IMG/VR virus record: IMGVR_UViG_3300031588_000005
Location: 1-36,739 of that record
Reading direction: 5' to 3' (one strand)
DNA from: a virus
Taxonomy: Duplodnaviria > Caudoviricetes
DNA: 36,739 bases
The position numbers and the translations under genes are program-made. Shown here piece by piece: positions 17,178-26,956 of the stretch; position 1 is the first letter of the stretch; every line of letters begins with the position of its first letter. The notes beneath the pieces are model-generated. The model saw only the letters and a list, made by a program, of their open reading frames with translations, made no database searches and had not been told where the DNA came from.

Positions 17178-17765
17178 ATGCCAATACCAGGTACAATGAA
17201 ACTGATAGACAAAGATGGGGTTTTAGCCCTGACTATCGAATTAACAAGCACAGAGTACGATCTCTTATCCGTCTTAGGGAAAAGAGAATTGAGAGATATT
17301 TGGGGGCCGTGGCAAATCAGCCTAGAGAACCTAAGTAATCATCCAACAAACATCGAACTCTTAGAAAGATTAAGAATCGAACAACAAGAAATGATAACAG
17401 CAAAACAAGCTAGTATCGGTGAAAAGATAGACAACAACAAACACTATCAATTCGTAATGAAAGCATTCGAAGATGCTGGCATGAAAGGATTAACCGATGA
17501 AGAACTAGCAGACCGCTGCGTTCACGCGCAAGCCTACGATTTTAGGGCTAAACCGACTGTCTCCAAAGAAACCCTCCGTAAAGGTTGGGCAAATCGAACA
17601 AGGAGCATACGAGGCATTCTTGACAAAGCAGATTACATAATCAAGACCAATGAGAAGAGGCCAACTGCTTCTTCCAAAGCAAGGCATCGCGCCATTGGCG
17701 TAGAGCCAAAAGGTACTGCCGCAGTCTGGAGGTTACGAAACCTACAAACAACAGGCAACGCCTGA
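17178..17765 (+). CDS. Hypothetical protein, possible C-terminal winged helix
   Basis: Motif-led; GLTDEEL...AAVW pattern. Confidence 0.75.
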   Translation: MPIPGTMKLIDKDGVLALTIELTSTEYDLLSVLGKRELRDIWGPWQISLENLSNHPTNIELLERLRIEQQEMITAKQASIGEKIDNNKHYQFVMKAFEDAGMKGLTDEELADRCVHAQAYDFRAKPTVSKETLRKGWANRTRSIRGILDKADYIIKTNEKRPTASSKARHRAIGVEPKGTAAVWRLRNLQTTGNA

Positions 17766-17772
17766 ACTGACC

Positions 17773-18078
17773 ATGACATCTATTGAAGACGAGATTCAAA
17801 ATCGAATTGAGGCAGGAGAATTCAACGACTCACACGGGGACTTGGATATTGGTACTGTAATCAAAGCGACAGCAGAACTCACGAAAAATAAAAAAGAAGC
17901 AATTGTTGGAATTTCTGGGCTATGGCCCAACGAAAGAAGTTCGAAAGTTGCATATGAAGGAAGAACAAAATCGGATGAAGATATAGTGATCCCTGGTGGA
18001 TCCAAAATCCTAGTGTTCAATAATAACAAAACTGATGACAGGCAGCCAGAGTTAAATCTGTGCTATGTCGAGGATTGA
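17773..18078 (+). CDS. Hypothetical protein, possible ssDNA-binding beta fold
   Basis: GLW...Y.G...ILVFNNNKTDDRQPELNL; function tentative. Confidence 0.7.
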   Translation: MTSIEDEIQNRIEAGEFNDSHGDLDIGTVIKATAELTKNKKEAIVGISGLWPNERSSKVAYEGRTKSDEDIVIPGGSKILVFNNNKTDDRQPELNLCYVED

Positions 18079-18086
18079 GACTGACC

Positions 18087-18566
18087 ATGACTAAATTCAA
18101 CAAACAAGAAGAAGAACTTCTTGACAAATATTATCCTCCAAGAACAGGATATAGTGAAGAATATTATGAAACCAACGAATGGAGTTGGTATGGGGAAGAA
18201 TACGATGAGTTGATTCCCTGGCAATTCGGTAATGATGAAATAGATACAGAAGAAAAATTCCTAGTCTTATATTATGGCTGGAATGGAACATTCAATAGTA
18301 TGCATTTCACAAGCACCGATAGACTACCATATCGTGAAGATAGTATTCACGAAAGTTACGATACGATAATAATGTATAGAAACAAGATTTGGCAAATAGC
18401 CATCAACGAAAACATGGCTTTACACGCCCTTGTAGTTTTACAGGAACTCCCAGAACACTTCAAAGTTGAAGATATACAATTCAAAATTACTGGAAAGTAT
18501 TGGGATGGTAAAAGCGTGCAAGATCTATCTACATTCAAAGCAGAGTATGAACCTGCAGAAGAATGA
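18087..18566 (+). CDS. Hypothetical acidic protein
   Basis: Start moved to motif ATG. Confidence 0.8.
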   Translation: MTKFNKQEEELLDKYYPPRTGYSEEYYETNEWSWYGEEYDELIPWQFGNDEIDTEEKFLVLYYGWNGTFNSMHFTSTDRLPYREDSIHESYDTIIMYRNKIWQIAINENMALHALVVLQELPEHFKVEDIQFKITGKYWDGKSVQDLSTFKAEYEPAEE

Positions 18567-18573
18567 ACTGACC

Positions 18574-19008
18574 ATGCCAGCAAAAGACCAAAGATACAAA
18601 GTCACAGCAGACGATGTGAAAAGAATGCAAGAACTTAGTGAAAGGGGAATGAGTCAAGCAGCCATTTGGAAATTGCTTGTCGAAGAAATCCCTCTCTCAA
18701 GAGGCATGGTACATTATTGGGTGAACGAAGAATCTCGAAAAAAGCAAAGAGAGAAGAACGCTCGCCGGAAATATGTACCAGGAACACTCGAACACTCTCT
18801 TAGAGTGGAAAGGGATCAACAAAAGAGAAAAGAAAACTGGAAAGCAGATCCAGACATGAAGCTACGCCACACGATTCAATCCGCAAAGGATGAGTCTCGA
18901 GTACCAAGACATACTGTAAAAGGCATGAAAATGAGCGAAGCGGAGAAGTTATTGGATTCTGGAAAACTCCAGCGTTCTAATGCTAAGATCCCCGAAGAAG
19001 ATGAGTAG
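18574..19008 (+). CDS. Putative HTH DNA-binding protein
   Basis: RGMSQAAIW...LSRGMVHYW HTH-like segment; start moved to motif ATG. Confidence 0.7.
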   Translation: MPAKDQRYKVTADDVKRMQELSERGMSQAAIWKLLVEEIPLSRGMVHYWVNEESRKKQREKNARRKYVPGTLEHSLRVERDQQKRKENWKADPDMKLRHTIQSAKDESRVPRHTVKGMKMSEAEKLLDSGKLQRSNAKIPEEDE

Positions 19009-19017
19009 ATACTGACC

Positions 19018-19263
19018 ATGATTAAGATTGGACAAAAATATACTGGTAATCAATTAAAGAAAGAGGGAGTATTCCCTGCTTGGCACCAACACGCCAAATC
19101 CAGATGTAAATGGGAAATTCTTACCTTAAAGCAAATTAAGCGAAATACATTCGGAGGCGGCACAGAGTTCGCCTTCCAAGTAACAATGGTTGGAAAACCC
19201 AAAACCAATTCGGGTAAAACAAGAAAGCATCCGATAAAAATGAATTGTATTTACACAATCTAA
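19018..19263 (+). CDS. Hypothetical basic protein
   Basis: Motif-led ORF. Confidence 0.75.
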   Translation: MIKIGQKYTGNQLKKEGVFPAWHQHAKSRCKWEILTLKQIKRNTFGGGTEFAFQVTMVGKPKTNSGKTRKHPIKMNCIYTI

Positions 19264-19270
19264 ACTGACC

Positions 19271-19483
19271 ATGACACAATACAGAATATTAATGTCCCAA
19301 ACAGTATATTGGGATGAAATAGTAGAAGTAACTAAAAAATTAAGAAAAGAATACGAGTGGATAGATCAAGATTTATCTAACGAAGAGTTTGCCGTAGAAG
19401 TAGCAAAAGATAATGCTACTCTTGACCGCACGATTGACGGCGGCAAATTAACTATCGATGATAGAATCGAGGTGAAAGAGTAA
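19271..19483 (+). CDS. Hypothetical protein
   Basis: Motif-led ORF. Confidence 0.8.
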   Translation: MTQYRILMSQTVYWDEIVEVTKKLRKEYEWIDQDLSNEEFAVEVAKDNATLDRTIDGGKLTIDDRIEVKE

Positions 19484-19698
19484 TGGTCGGCCTTAAGACA
19501 AGGAAAAGACCAGTAGCACCACCTCCCTTTCAATCTGGCGTAATAGTTAGAATAAGGGAAAGTCAAGGTGCATTACAAAGGAATACGGTTTGTAGAGTCA
19601 TTAGATGTGGCTCATTTGAAGCATTAGTGAAACCATTAGTGGGATCCTTTGCTGGAGAACAAATCGATATTAACCTTGAAAATCTTAAACTAGATTAA
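19483..19698 (+). CDS. Hypothetical protein (SH3-like pattern)
   Basis: No motif; GAGGTGA SD and TAATG overlap. Confidence 0.75.
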   Translation: MVGLKTRKRPVAPPPFQSGVIVRIRESQGALQRNTVCRVIRCGSFEALVKPLVGSFAGEQIDINLENLKLD

Positions 19699-19706
19699 CA
19701 CTGACC

Positions 19707-20300
19707 ATGACTAATGAACAAAGAGCCTGTGTTCAATGTCTTGGGTGCTACAACGAAGGAGTGTTAGCATTCAAGTGGATGAACGCAGAAAAGATAGAAG
19801 AGGCGTACAGCAAAGGTTACGATGGCTTGACAAAAGTTGTTTGTAAGGCTGAACCCACTATGAAAATAGGAGACAGAGTATTTCCAGTAATACACGAAGA
19901 ATGGCACATAGCAGACTATGATGGTGCTATCTCTTCGATGAATCTTGGAGAAAATCCAAGCATTTCAAAACTGGTAGCTATGATGAAAAATATCGAGAGA
20001 GACGACGATGAAGAAGAACTCTACATTGCTGCCTACAAGATATATCACGACAATTATAATGTTGGCGAACACAGTGTAGCAGAAATGTGTGAAAAAGCCA
20101 GAGAAATCGCAGAAGACCTCTACCATGTAGGGGATCTATCCCTCAAGGACCACTTTATGGAAGAAGCCTACATGCTAGGAGACATCAAAGATGGCGATAT
20201 TTGGGAATCATACATCGACTGGGAGCATTATGCACAAAATCAAATGTATAATTACCAAAAAGTCGAAGTAAATGATGCCACATACCTATATCAAAGGTAA
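19707..20300 (+). CDS. ardA: ArdA-like antirestriction protein
   Basis: CLGCYNEG.L...W, HEEWHIADYDG, LGE, YIDWEHYA; acidic. Confidence 0.8.
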   Translation: MTNEQRACVQCLGCYNEGVLAFKWMNAEKIEEAYSKGYDGLTKVVCKAEPTMKIGDRVFPVIHEEWHIADYDGAISSMNLGENPSISKLVAMMKNIERDDDEEELYIAAYKIYHDNYNVGEHSVAEMCEKAREIAEDLYHVGDLSLKDHFMEEAYMLGDIKDGDIWESYIDWEHYAQNQMYNYQKVEVNDATYLYQR

Positions 20301-20308
20301 AACTGACC

Positions 20309-21406
20309 ATGAACGAAATAAACTTACTGGCCTTTGGCGGCGGTGTGGATTCTTCCGCACTACTGGCAATGCACCTAGAAAGAGATAAGGCAGCAGCATA
20401 TTTGGGAATCAGTCGAATACAACTCGATGAAGCATTCCCTCCCTTTGCTGCGGCAGTATTCTCCGATCCAGGTAGCGAATGGCCGGAAACATATGAAAAT
20501 ATTGAGTACGCTAAGAAAAGATGCGCCGAAAAAGGCGTAGAACTAGCAGTAGTCAGGCATCACTACAACCGTTACTTTCACAATGTAACGGGAGATGCTT
20601 TACGGCGAAAAGAATGGCTTCTCCTTCCCGAATCGGAACGAGAAGACTATGAGAAACGAAAAGAACCCTATACAATTTTTGAGTGGCTTAGAGATAGCCG
20701 CGCATTCCCACTTATGCCTGGAGGCGGACATGTCTGCAGTATGAGATTCAAGGGAGAAGTTATGCAAAAGTGGGCCGATGAAACATTTGGAACACATGAA
20801 ACATGCACAAAAAATTGGTATTTAGGTATAGAAGCCGAAGAAGAAGGCCGTTCAGATCGTTTCACAGCAAACCGTAAGAAATCTGACAGTAAAGGTAAGA
20901 AAATACTCGGTCACGAGTACCACTACCCGCTAATGGCACTCAAAATGAATCGAGTAGACCTTCTTGATATCCTCAGCCACCTTGGTTGGGACTATCGGGG
21001 TGATGGAACACAAGTTCAGAAAAGTTCCTGTATGTGGTGCCCATTCTCAAAAGAATGGGAAGTGGATAGGCTAATTGAAGCAGAAGGTGGATTTAGCAAG
21101 GGATTAATAGAAGCTCTAACAATAGAACAAGGCTTCTATAAACAAGATAAACACGCATTATGGCATGAAGCAGGCAAACCTTTGAACAAAGGAGGAGGTT
21201 GCTTCGCAGGCCATCACCGGCAGCCCTACGCTACTGGTTATTGCGAACATCCTGAATGTTCAGACCACAACAAACACGGCCAGGCAACCCTAATTCAGAT
21301 CAGATATCCGAATGAAGGAAAACAGCCACACGCTAAAGGAACGATTAGAAAAACAATCAAAGAGCACATCGCCCGTAAAATATTGAAAGATACAGAAAAC
21401 GAGTGA
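20309..21406 (+). CDS. PAPS reductase-like / adenine nucleotide alpha-hydrolase family protein
   Basis: PP-loop AFGGGVDS, FSDPGSEWPETY, CS.RFK, LGI..EE..R, YPL, KSSCMWCPF. Confidence 0.82.
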   Translation: MNEINLLAFGGGVDSSALLAMHLERDKAAAYLGISRIQLDEAFPPFAAAVFSDPGSEWPETYENIEYAKKRCAEKGVELAVVRHHYNRYFHNVTGDALRRKEWLLLPESEREDYEKRKEPYTIFEWLRDSRAFPLMPGGGHVCSMRFKGEVMQKWADETFGTHETCTKNWYLGIEAEEEGRSDRFTANRKKSDSKGKKILGHEYHYPLMALKMNRVDLLDILSHLGWDYRGDGTQVQKSSCMWCPFSKEWEVDRLIEAEGGFSKGLIEALTIEQGFYKQDKHALWHEAGKPLNKGGGCFAGHHRQPYATGYCEHPECSDHNKHGQATLIQIRYPNEGKQPHAKGTIRKTIKEHIARKILKDTENE

Positions 21407-21413
21407 ACTGACC

Positions 21414-22190
21414 ATGACAATACAAAAAAATACACCAGAGATACTCTGGGAAATTAAAGCAACTAGGAGACAAGTGGAAAATGTGTTTAAGCATTTAACT
21501 TCATTAAATGAAGAAATCACACTCCAAGTTAAAGAAGACGGAATAAGAGTTGAGGTTGTCAATGGACAACACACATCTATGATGACTTTGTTTTGGCCTA
21601 ATAGCGCATTCGAACAATACGCTATGGACGACTGGAACAGGTTTACAATTGCAGATGGAAATGATATAATTCACTCTATGAAGACAGTAGGGCTCAATGA
21701 CTTAGTCGTATTAAAATACGACGATTTAGGGCTCCATATTCATACGGATTATCAAAAAACAAATATTAAGCCATATGAGAACCCATCGCAGGGCCCAAAA
21801 TTACCAGATTTTTCAGGATTGAAAATGATGGAAGTCGAAGCACCTGTAAAATGGTTCAAGGAAGCCATAAATGGGATTGGTCGTAAAACCAATCTTGCTG
21901 AGTTCATTGTAAATGATGAATCATTGATAATTAAAGCCGCAGATTTGGCTCAAAAGGAAGTTTGGGAATACGAATGGAAACATGGCAAAACATTTGGAAG
22001 CAAGGATAATTTCCCATCAACAATTTTAGACTTAAATCAGATTAAAAGACTAGCGGGACATGTAAATGCCGCCAAAGTTGAGAAGATAACTATGAATATA
22101 GGAAATAGGATGCCTTTAGACGCTTATTGGACTCTAAGAGATGGAGCAGAGATTAGATTCATCTTAGCTCCGAGATTAAATGGGAACTAG
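21414..22190 (+). CDS. pcn: PCNA-like DNA sliding clamp (divergent)
   Basis: 258 aa; EEITLQVKEDGI...HTSM..L....SAFEQY N-terminus; MPL....L.DG.EIRFILAPR C-terminus typical of archaeal PCNA. Confidence 0.85.
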   Translation: MTIQKNTPEILWEIKATRRQVENVFKHLTSLNEEITLQVKEDGIRVEVVNGQHTSMMTLFWPNSAFEQYAMDDWNRFTIADGNDIIHSMKTVGLNDLVVLKYDDLGLHIHTDYQKTNIKPYENPSQGPKLPDFSGLKMMEVEAPVKWFKEAINGIGRKTNLAEFIVNDESLIIKAADLAQKEVWEYEWKHGKTFGSKDNFPSTILDLNQIKRLAGHVNAAKVEKITMNIGNRMPLDAYWTLRDGAEIRFILAPRLNGN

Positions 22191-22204
22191 AATTTCCACT
22201 GACC

Positions 22205-22465
22205 ATGTATGAATACATTATAGGTACAATGGTAGGATTAATTATTGCTCAAATCTACTACCAAATACACCTAACCAAACAAATAGATATTTTAGGAGAA
22301 ATGTTGCATGTACTAATGTTCCATCCGGAAGAATTAGAAGCATGGGATATCATTTCATCTCTTAATATGATTGAAAAGATAGAAGAAGATCCAGAAGATT
22401 CAAATGAATCTTGGGACAATTGGGATGAAAAAACCATTAAACACGAAAAGGAAACTATCAAATGA
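22205..22465 (+). CDS. Small membrane-anchored protein
   Basis: Hydrophobic N-terminus; motif-led. Confidence 0.8.
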   Translation: MYEYIIGTMVGLIIAQIYYQIHLTKQIDILGEMLHVLMFHPEELEAWDIISSLNMIEKIEEDPEDSNESWDNWDEKTIKHEKETIK

Positions 22466-22499
22466 CGGTAACGCCAAGGAAATCAGCAGGAGGGAGAGA

Positions 22500-22607
22500 A
22501 TGAAGATTAAAATTCCAAACAAATTGAATCCATGGCTCGCTATGGAAACACATACTAATCCGACATTAATGAAAAAATTGTTGGAGTTGAGGAGGAGGAA
22601 GAAATGA
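22500..22607 (+). CDS. Basic microprotein (35 aa)
   Basis: GGAGG upstream; fills gap. Confidence 0.5.
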   Translation: MKIKIPNKLNPWLAMETHTNPTLMKKLLELRRRKK

Positions 22608-22777
22608 TGAACCAAAGTACAGTAAAAAGATGTTCTTGCTGGGACAAATTCAAACCACAAGCGAAGAAGTGGAGAGAAGAAGTAATGGCAGATGGACACG
22701 GATATTGTAAACACTGTGCCTTACCTATGACAAGGTATTGGCCTGAAGTAACTGACCATGTTAATGAAAGAATTTAA
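22604..22777 (+). CDS. Zn-binding microprotein (57 aa; not in ORF track)
   Basis: GGAGGAGG SD, ATGA overlap, CSC...CKHC; reads through the next motif. Confidence 0.6.
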   Translation: MMNQSTVKRCSCWDKFKPQAKKWREEVMADGHGYCKHCALPMTRYWPEVTDHVNERI

Positions 22778-23996
22778 GAATCTCCATATGGAAGCGTTCT
22801 CAAAAGCAATAGGATCTCACTTCAAATACTGCACAGATTGTAGTAAAGTGTTAAAAGATGACTATGCTAAATCAATAGGATTAGGTAGTTCATGTCAGAA
22901 AAGACATATTATAAATTACACAATAATTCCTGAATTCCAGGAATGTGAAACTATCTTAGACGAACTCGCAACAGAGTTAGATTTAGAGATGATCATAATC
23001 CTAAACAGAGACGATGAGAGAAGCGAAAAATGGATGATTCAAAATGAAAGTCCGCCATATGATTGGCGAGATATAAACGAGACAGACTTGAGCGAAATTG
23101 AAAAATTACGGAAATACTCGATAAACCTTCACAAATATGTCCCTCACAATTTATACGAGGGGAAAGATGTAGGAGAATGGAATATGTTAGTGATGTTAAA
23201 TCCTAGTTCTAGTTTGTTTATGAAAAGACACGAAGCGACCCCAGGGTATTTCGAAGATAGAAATGAATACTTGAAGGTTCATTGGACCGACCAAGATACA
23301 AGATATCTTGGCGACAAACACGATAAATTAGATATTAGAAAACTATCTGTAAAGGACATGCTCTATGGTGATGGAAATTACTCACCACCAGAATATCCAT
23401 CCACAAGAGATGCAAAAGAAATGGGATGGCATAGTTCATTCCAAGAGGCATTCGCGGAACATTACCAATCATGCAATGAGGGATGGGAATGGGAAGGTTA
23501 CATTAATGAAATCGGATGGTTAAATCCTGAAGATGACGACCTAAATCATTTGTTTCCCAGTGAGGATATCGAAAAATATCGATATGACTTGAAAGATTGG
23601 GAGGAGGTGTTTGAGCAATATATAGAGATCCACGGCCATTTGTCTGACGATCTAATTATGCCGACTCAAATATCGAATAATATGCGAAACGATACACTAG
23701 AAAATAAACACATGAACCGTCTTGGGTTTTTCCAATTAGATTGGATATCCTGGCTATTTCCTGTGTGTAGTGCCTACTACTACTATTATGCATGTTACGA
23801 TGCAGCAGGAAAAGTAGTCCATGTTATCGACACATGGAAACAAGTAGTAGACCATGACTTATGGATGATAGAGGAATACTCTTTCGGACATTACTGGTAT
23901 TCTGAACAAATGTTTACAGATAACTCTGATTTATACAAGAAACTCATACTAGGGTGTTTAAGCAATCTTCAAATGACGAAGCCGCTTACAACCTAA
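22758..23996 (+). CDS. Acidic protein with N-terminal DUF6011-like Zn finger
   Basis: CTDCSKVLKDDYAKSIGLGSSC. Confidence 0.8.
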   Translation: MLMKEFKNLHMEAFSKAIGSHFKYCTDCSKVLKDDYAKSIGLGSSCQKRHIINYTIIPEFQECETILDELATELDLEMIIILNRDDERSEKWMIQNESPPYDWRDINETDLSEIEKLRKYSINLHKYVPHNLYEGKDVGEWNMLVMLNPSSSLFMKRHEATPGYFEDRNEYLKVHWTDQDTRYLGDKHDKLDIRKLSVKDMLYGDGNYSPPEYPSTRDAKEMGWHSSFQEAFAEHYQSCNEGWEWEGYINEIGWLNPEDDDLNHLFPSEDIEKYRYDLKDWEEVFEQYIEIHGHLSDDLIMPTQISNNMRNDTLENKHMNRLGFFQLDWISWLFPVCSAYYYYYACYDAAGKVVHVIDTWKQVVDHDLWMIEEYSFGHYWYSEQMFTDNSDLYKKLILGCLSNLQMTKPLTT

Positions 23997-24006
23997 TGAA
24001 CTGACC

Positions 24007-24354
24007 ATGACTTGGAGAGATAGTGACCATGCAAGATTGGTAGCATTAAAGATGCAAAGAGCACAAATGCGTAGAGGACCAGATGAAGAAAAAGACAAAA
24101 ACAAGATGAGCAAACTCACTACTGAAATCAAGGCATTAAGAAAAAGATTGATCAACTATGAAAAAATCAAGATGAATCAAGCAAATGCATTAGAAAATCC
24201 CATAGAAGAACCTGTAGAGGATTCTGTGGAAGAAATCTCAACAATTCCTGAGCCAGTAAGACTATCCTGGCCTCAATTCAGAACGAAACACAAAGGCAAA
24301 GCAACTGCCGAGATTTCAAAACTATGGGCTGAATATAAAGAATCAGCCAACTAA
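24007..24354 (+). CDS. Hypothetical coiled-coil protein
   Basis: Motif-led ORF. Confidence 0.8.
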   Translation: MTWRDSDHARLVALKMQRAQMRRGPDEEKDKNKMSKLTTEIKALRKRLINYEKIKMNQANALENPIEEPVEDSVEEISTIPEPVRLSWPQFRTKHKGKATAEISKLWAEYKESAN

Positions 24355-24356
24355 TC

Positions 24357-24497
24357 ATGTTAGGAAATTATTCTGTGAAATGTATATGCGGAGCTACACT
24401 CAGACGAGTGAAGTACAAGGAAGGACACCCTAAGAACGAAGATCCGCGATTAGACATTTGTCTAATATGCGACAGAAACTTCTTTGAAGAAGAATGA
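24357..24497 (+). CDS. Zn-ribbon microprotein (46 aa; not in ORF track)
   Basis: ACTAATC-ATG; CICG...CLICD. Confidence 0.65.
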   Translation: MLGNYSVKCICGATLRRVKYKEGHPKNEDPRLDICLICDRNFFEEE

Positions 24498-24509
24498 ATG
24501 ACACTGACC

Positions 24510-25022
24510 ATGACCAAATTAAGAATCTCAGGCCACGAAGGCGGCCAAGATGAAGAAAAAGAAGAAGGGCTAACTATCATTGAGATAGGAATTTTCTCAG
24601 GAAATATGTGGGAAATGGCCGTAAATGATTACAAAAGATATGGAAGAGTAGAAAATATGGCGGGTACAGCATTCGCCTATGGGATGACGACTGCACTAGC
24701 AGAATACCTACTATCTCGGCCATTTGAAAAAATAAACAACGGGCTTCATGTCGATATAGACATCGGAGAATACCCTAAACAAGAAATTGTAAAAATCATG
24801 GAACTCAATAACGAACTAAAGAAATTGGAAAGAAATCTTCCAGGGGAAGATAAAAAAGCGAAAAATGAATCTACTAGGCTAATGCTCTCATTAAGAAAAG
24901 AAGAGCAGCTAACTAACCTCGTAGAAGAATATGTTTCTTGGACAAACGAATTAGCAGATGGGCTACAATACGATGCCCTGGAATATATGAATGAGAAAGC
25001 ACAAATCACTCTAGAAGGGTGA
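24510..25022 (+). CDS. Hypothetical protein
   Basis: Start moved to motif ATG. Confidence 0.8.
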   Translation: MTKLRISGHEGGQDEEKEEGLTIIEIGIFSGNMWEMAVNDYKRYGRVENMAGTAFAYGMTTALAEYLLSRPFEKINNGLHVDIDIGEYPKQEIVKIMELNNELKKLERNLPGEDKKAKNESTRLMLSLRKEEQLTNLVEEYVSWTNELADGLQYDALEYMNEKAQITLEG

Positions 25023-25029
25023 ACTGACC

Positions 25030-25437
25030 ATGACAGATATAAGAAAAAACCTGATTATCAGGACAAACGGAAAAGTCGAGCCCATTGAAATAAATGGGTA
25101 TAAAGGACTTAAAGAAGCAGTTGGCGGTTTAATCGAAGCCTGTATTGGCGGAGATGACTACACGCTATGGGCTAATGAAGAAGGTAGGCTAATGGGCTTA
25201 CCAATGAACCAAGTAGCAAGAGAATTTGTAGCAGAAATGAAGCAAATACCGATCTCTAATGTTCTATCACTTCACGGTGATATGGTATTAGCAGGGTGCG
25301 ACGGAGAAGGAGGCGACACAGATACGCCAGAACACATTCGTATAATCGCCGAAGGACTATCTATGTTTGATGAACCTCAGTCTACTTTAATTACAGAAGA
25401 CGAAGATGGTAACATCACAAAAGAGTGGATAGGATAA
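25030..25437 (+). CDS. DUF3846-like protein
   Basis: LKEAVGGLIE, NEEGRLMGLPMN, LHGDMVLAG.D.EG. Confidence 0.85.
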   Translation: MTDIRKNLIIRTNGKVEPIEINGYKGLKEAVGGLIEACIGGDDYTLWANEEGRLMGLPMNQVAREFVAEMKQIPISNVLSLHGDMVLAGCDGEGGDTDTPEHIRIIAEGLSMFDEPQSTLITEDEDGNITKEWIG

Positions 25438-25446
25438 CTACTGACC

Positions 25447-25719
25447 ATGACAACTATAATAACTATAGACAATCAGAGTGACCTGTGGAAAAAATGGTCG
25501 CAGAAAGCACATAAAGCCCTAACAGGTAAGAAAATAACTGGGTGCAGGTACCTTACGCCCACAGAGACCGAGGACTTCGGCTGGTACAAAGCAAGCCTGC
25601 TCATCATGTTAGATGACGGCTCTACGCTACTGGTACAAATGGATGACGAAGGAAACGACGGTGGAGTAATTGTCCACCTTCACAAAGACGGAAATGAACA
25701 AATATTTCCAACACTATGA
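25447..25719 (+). CDS. Conserved phage hypothetical
   Basis: L.GKKI...RY, LDDG, MDDEGNDGG motifs. Confidence 0.82.
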   Translation: MTTIITIDNQSDLWKKWSQKAHKALTGKKITGCRYLTPTETEDFGWYKASLLIMLDDGSTLLVQMDDEGNDGGVIVHLHKDGNEQIFPTL

Positions 25720-25726
25720 ACTGACC

Positions 25727-26047
25727 ATGACAGAAATGAAGCGACAGCTAAAAAAAATAGCAGAAACTTGGGAACAAAATAACGGAGCCATCGGCTTCGC
25801 AGAGTTCCTGTGCTGGAAAGGCAACGACGGCAAAAAGATCACTAGTCCTTTCTATGACAACGAAGAAGATGTTCTAGACGAACTTCTTCCATCAGATAAC
25901 AATGAACACTGGAGCAAAGATAGTTGGGTGAATAAACAATACTACAATTGGAGATCTGGATTCACACATCTGATACTCGCATCAGACTCGCGAATGGATA
26001 TAATCGATTGGCTAGAAATGAAAATGATGCAAAGATATAATGAGTAA
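25727..26047 (+). CDS. Hypothetical protein
   Basis: Start moved to motif ATG. Confidence 0.8.
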   Translation: MTEMKRQLKKIAETWEQNNGAIGFAEFLCWKGNDGKKITSPFYDNEEDVLDELLPSDNNEHWSKDSWVNKQYYNWRSGFTHLILASDSRMDIIDWLEMKMMQRYNE

Positions 26048-26055
26048 TACTGACC

Positions 26056-26094
26056 ATGAGACAAGTATTATACACTGAAGGTTATAGGAAGTAG
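26056..26094 (+). other. Motif-led 12-codon mini-ORF upstream of DUF3860-like gene
   Basis: ACTGACC-ATG, MRQVLYTEGYRK*. Confidence 0.5.
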
Positions 26095-26098
26095 TCCT

Positions 26099-26380
26099 AT
26101 GGCTCGAACAAAACGCATAAGAGAAACGGTGGTCAAACTATTATTAAATAAAGGGCCACAAAACTCAAGACAAATATACGAACATGTGAATGATGAACTA
26201 CGGTGGGGAGCTACAATGCAACAATTGGGTAACATCCTAGCAAAAAACTCCAAGATCGTAAAACTAAATACAGAGAGAATTGGGTCCTTTACAGGTAGAT
26301 ATGATATTTGCATTTGGAATCTTTCAGATTTAGAAAGACAAAAATTAGAAGGAAATTCTAATGACAACAATAAAGTGTAG
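26099..26380 (+). CDS. DUF3860-like winged-helix protein
   Basis: RTKRIRE...I.EHVN...RWGATMQQLGNILAK...IVK...G.YDIC.W matches my recollection of the Thermoplasmata DUF3860 family. Confidence 0.75.
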   Translation: MARTKRIRETVVKLLLNKGPQNSRQIYEHVNDELRWGATMQQLGNILAKNSKIVKLNTERIGSFTGRYDICIWNLSDLERQKLEGNSNDNNKV

Positions 26381-26546
26381 ATTCTGCGGAATTATCACTG
26401 AAATATCAGAAACAGGAAAGAAATTAGAAAAATTAAGAAAGGGTCCTCCAATGCCGTGTGGCGGAGACAACTCCAAACTATCTCCATCACATATGGAAGC
26501 AGTTTACAGTTGGGACGACCACTTTCAAGTGCTAGAGCACAATTAA
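26361..26546 (+). CDS. Zn-binding microprotein
   Basis: CRFCG; overlaps upstream gene; no motif. Confidence 0.65.
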   Translation: MTTIKCRFCGIITEISETGKKLEKLRKGPPMPCGGDNSKLSPSHMEAVYSWDDHFQVLEHN

Positions 26547-26570
26547 ACGACTATGACCTCTCCACTGACC

Positions 26571-26954
26571 ATGCAGCCCGTAACTATGAGGAGACTTATT
26601 GGTGTCCTACTGATGATTGCAGCAGGAGCCTATTGGTACACAAGATTAGCAGAAGTTAATCTAGGAAGCCTAAATCTTCCTGAACAACTTGAATTACCTG
26701 TGTTTTGGATAGGTTACGGAATTTTAACAGCATGGTGCATGATCCCACAACTAATCAGAACTCCAGGGGCAAAAGAAGTAAACTTACTTCCCAATGCTCC
26801 AACACCGTTTTCTAATCAGATGATGGCAAATTCAGACCCATTTCAAATGCATGGGCAGTGGTATGTTCAATGGGAAGGTGTATTATGGGTATGGGATGAT
26901 CCCACAGCAAAATGGGCTCAAGCCCAAGCACCAGCTACAGTACCACAATACTAA
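26571..26954 (+). CDS. Membrane protein (2 TM) with Trp-rich C-terminus
   Basis: Two hydrophobic segments; WYVQWEGVLWVWDD; start moved to motif ATG. Confidence 0.8.
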   Translation: MQPVTMRRLIGVLLMIAAGAYWYTRLAEVNLGSLNLPEQLELPVFWIGYGILTAWCMIPQLIRTPGAKEVNLLPNAPTPFSNQMMANSDPFQMHGQWYVQWEGVLWVWDDPTAKWAQAQAPATVPQY

Positions 26955-26956
26955 TC

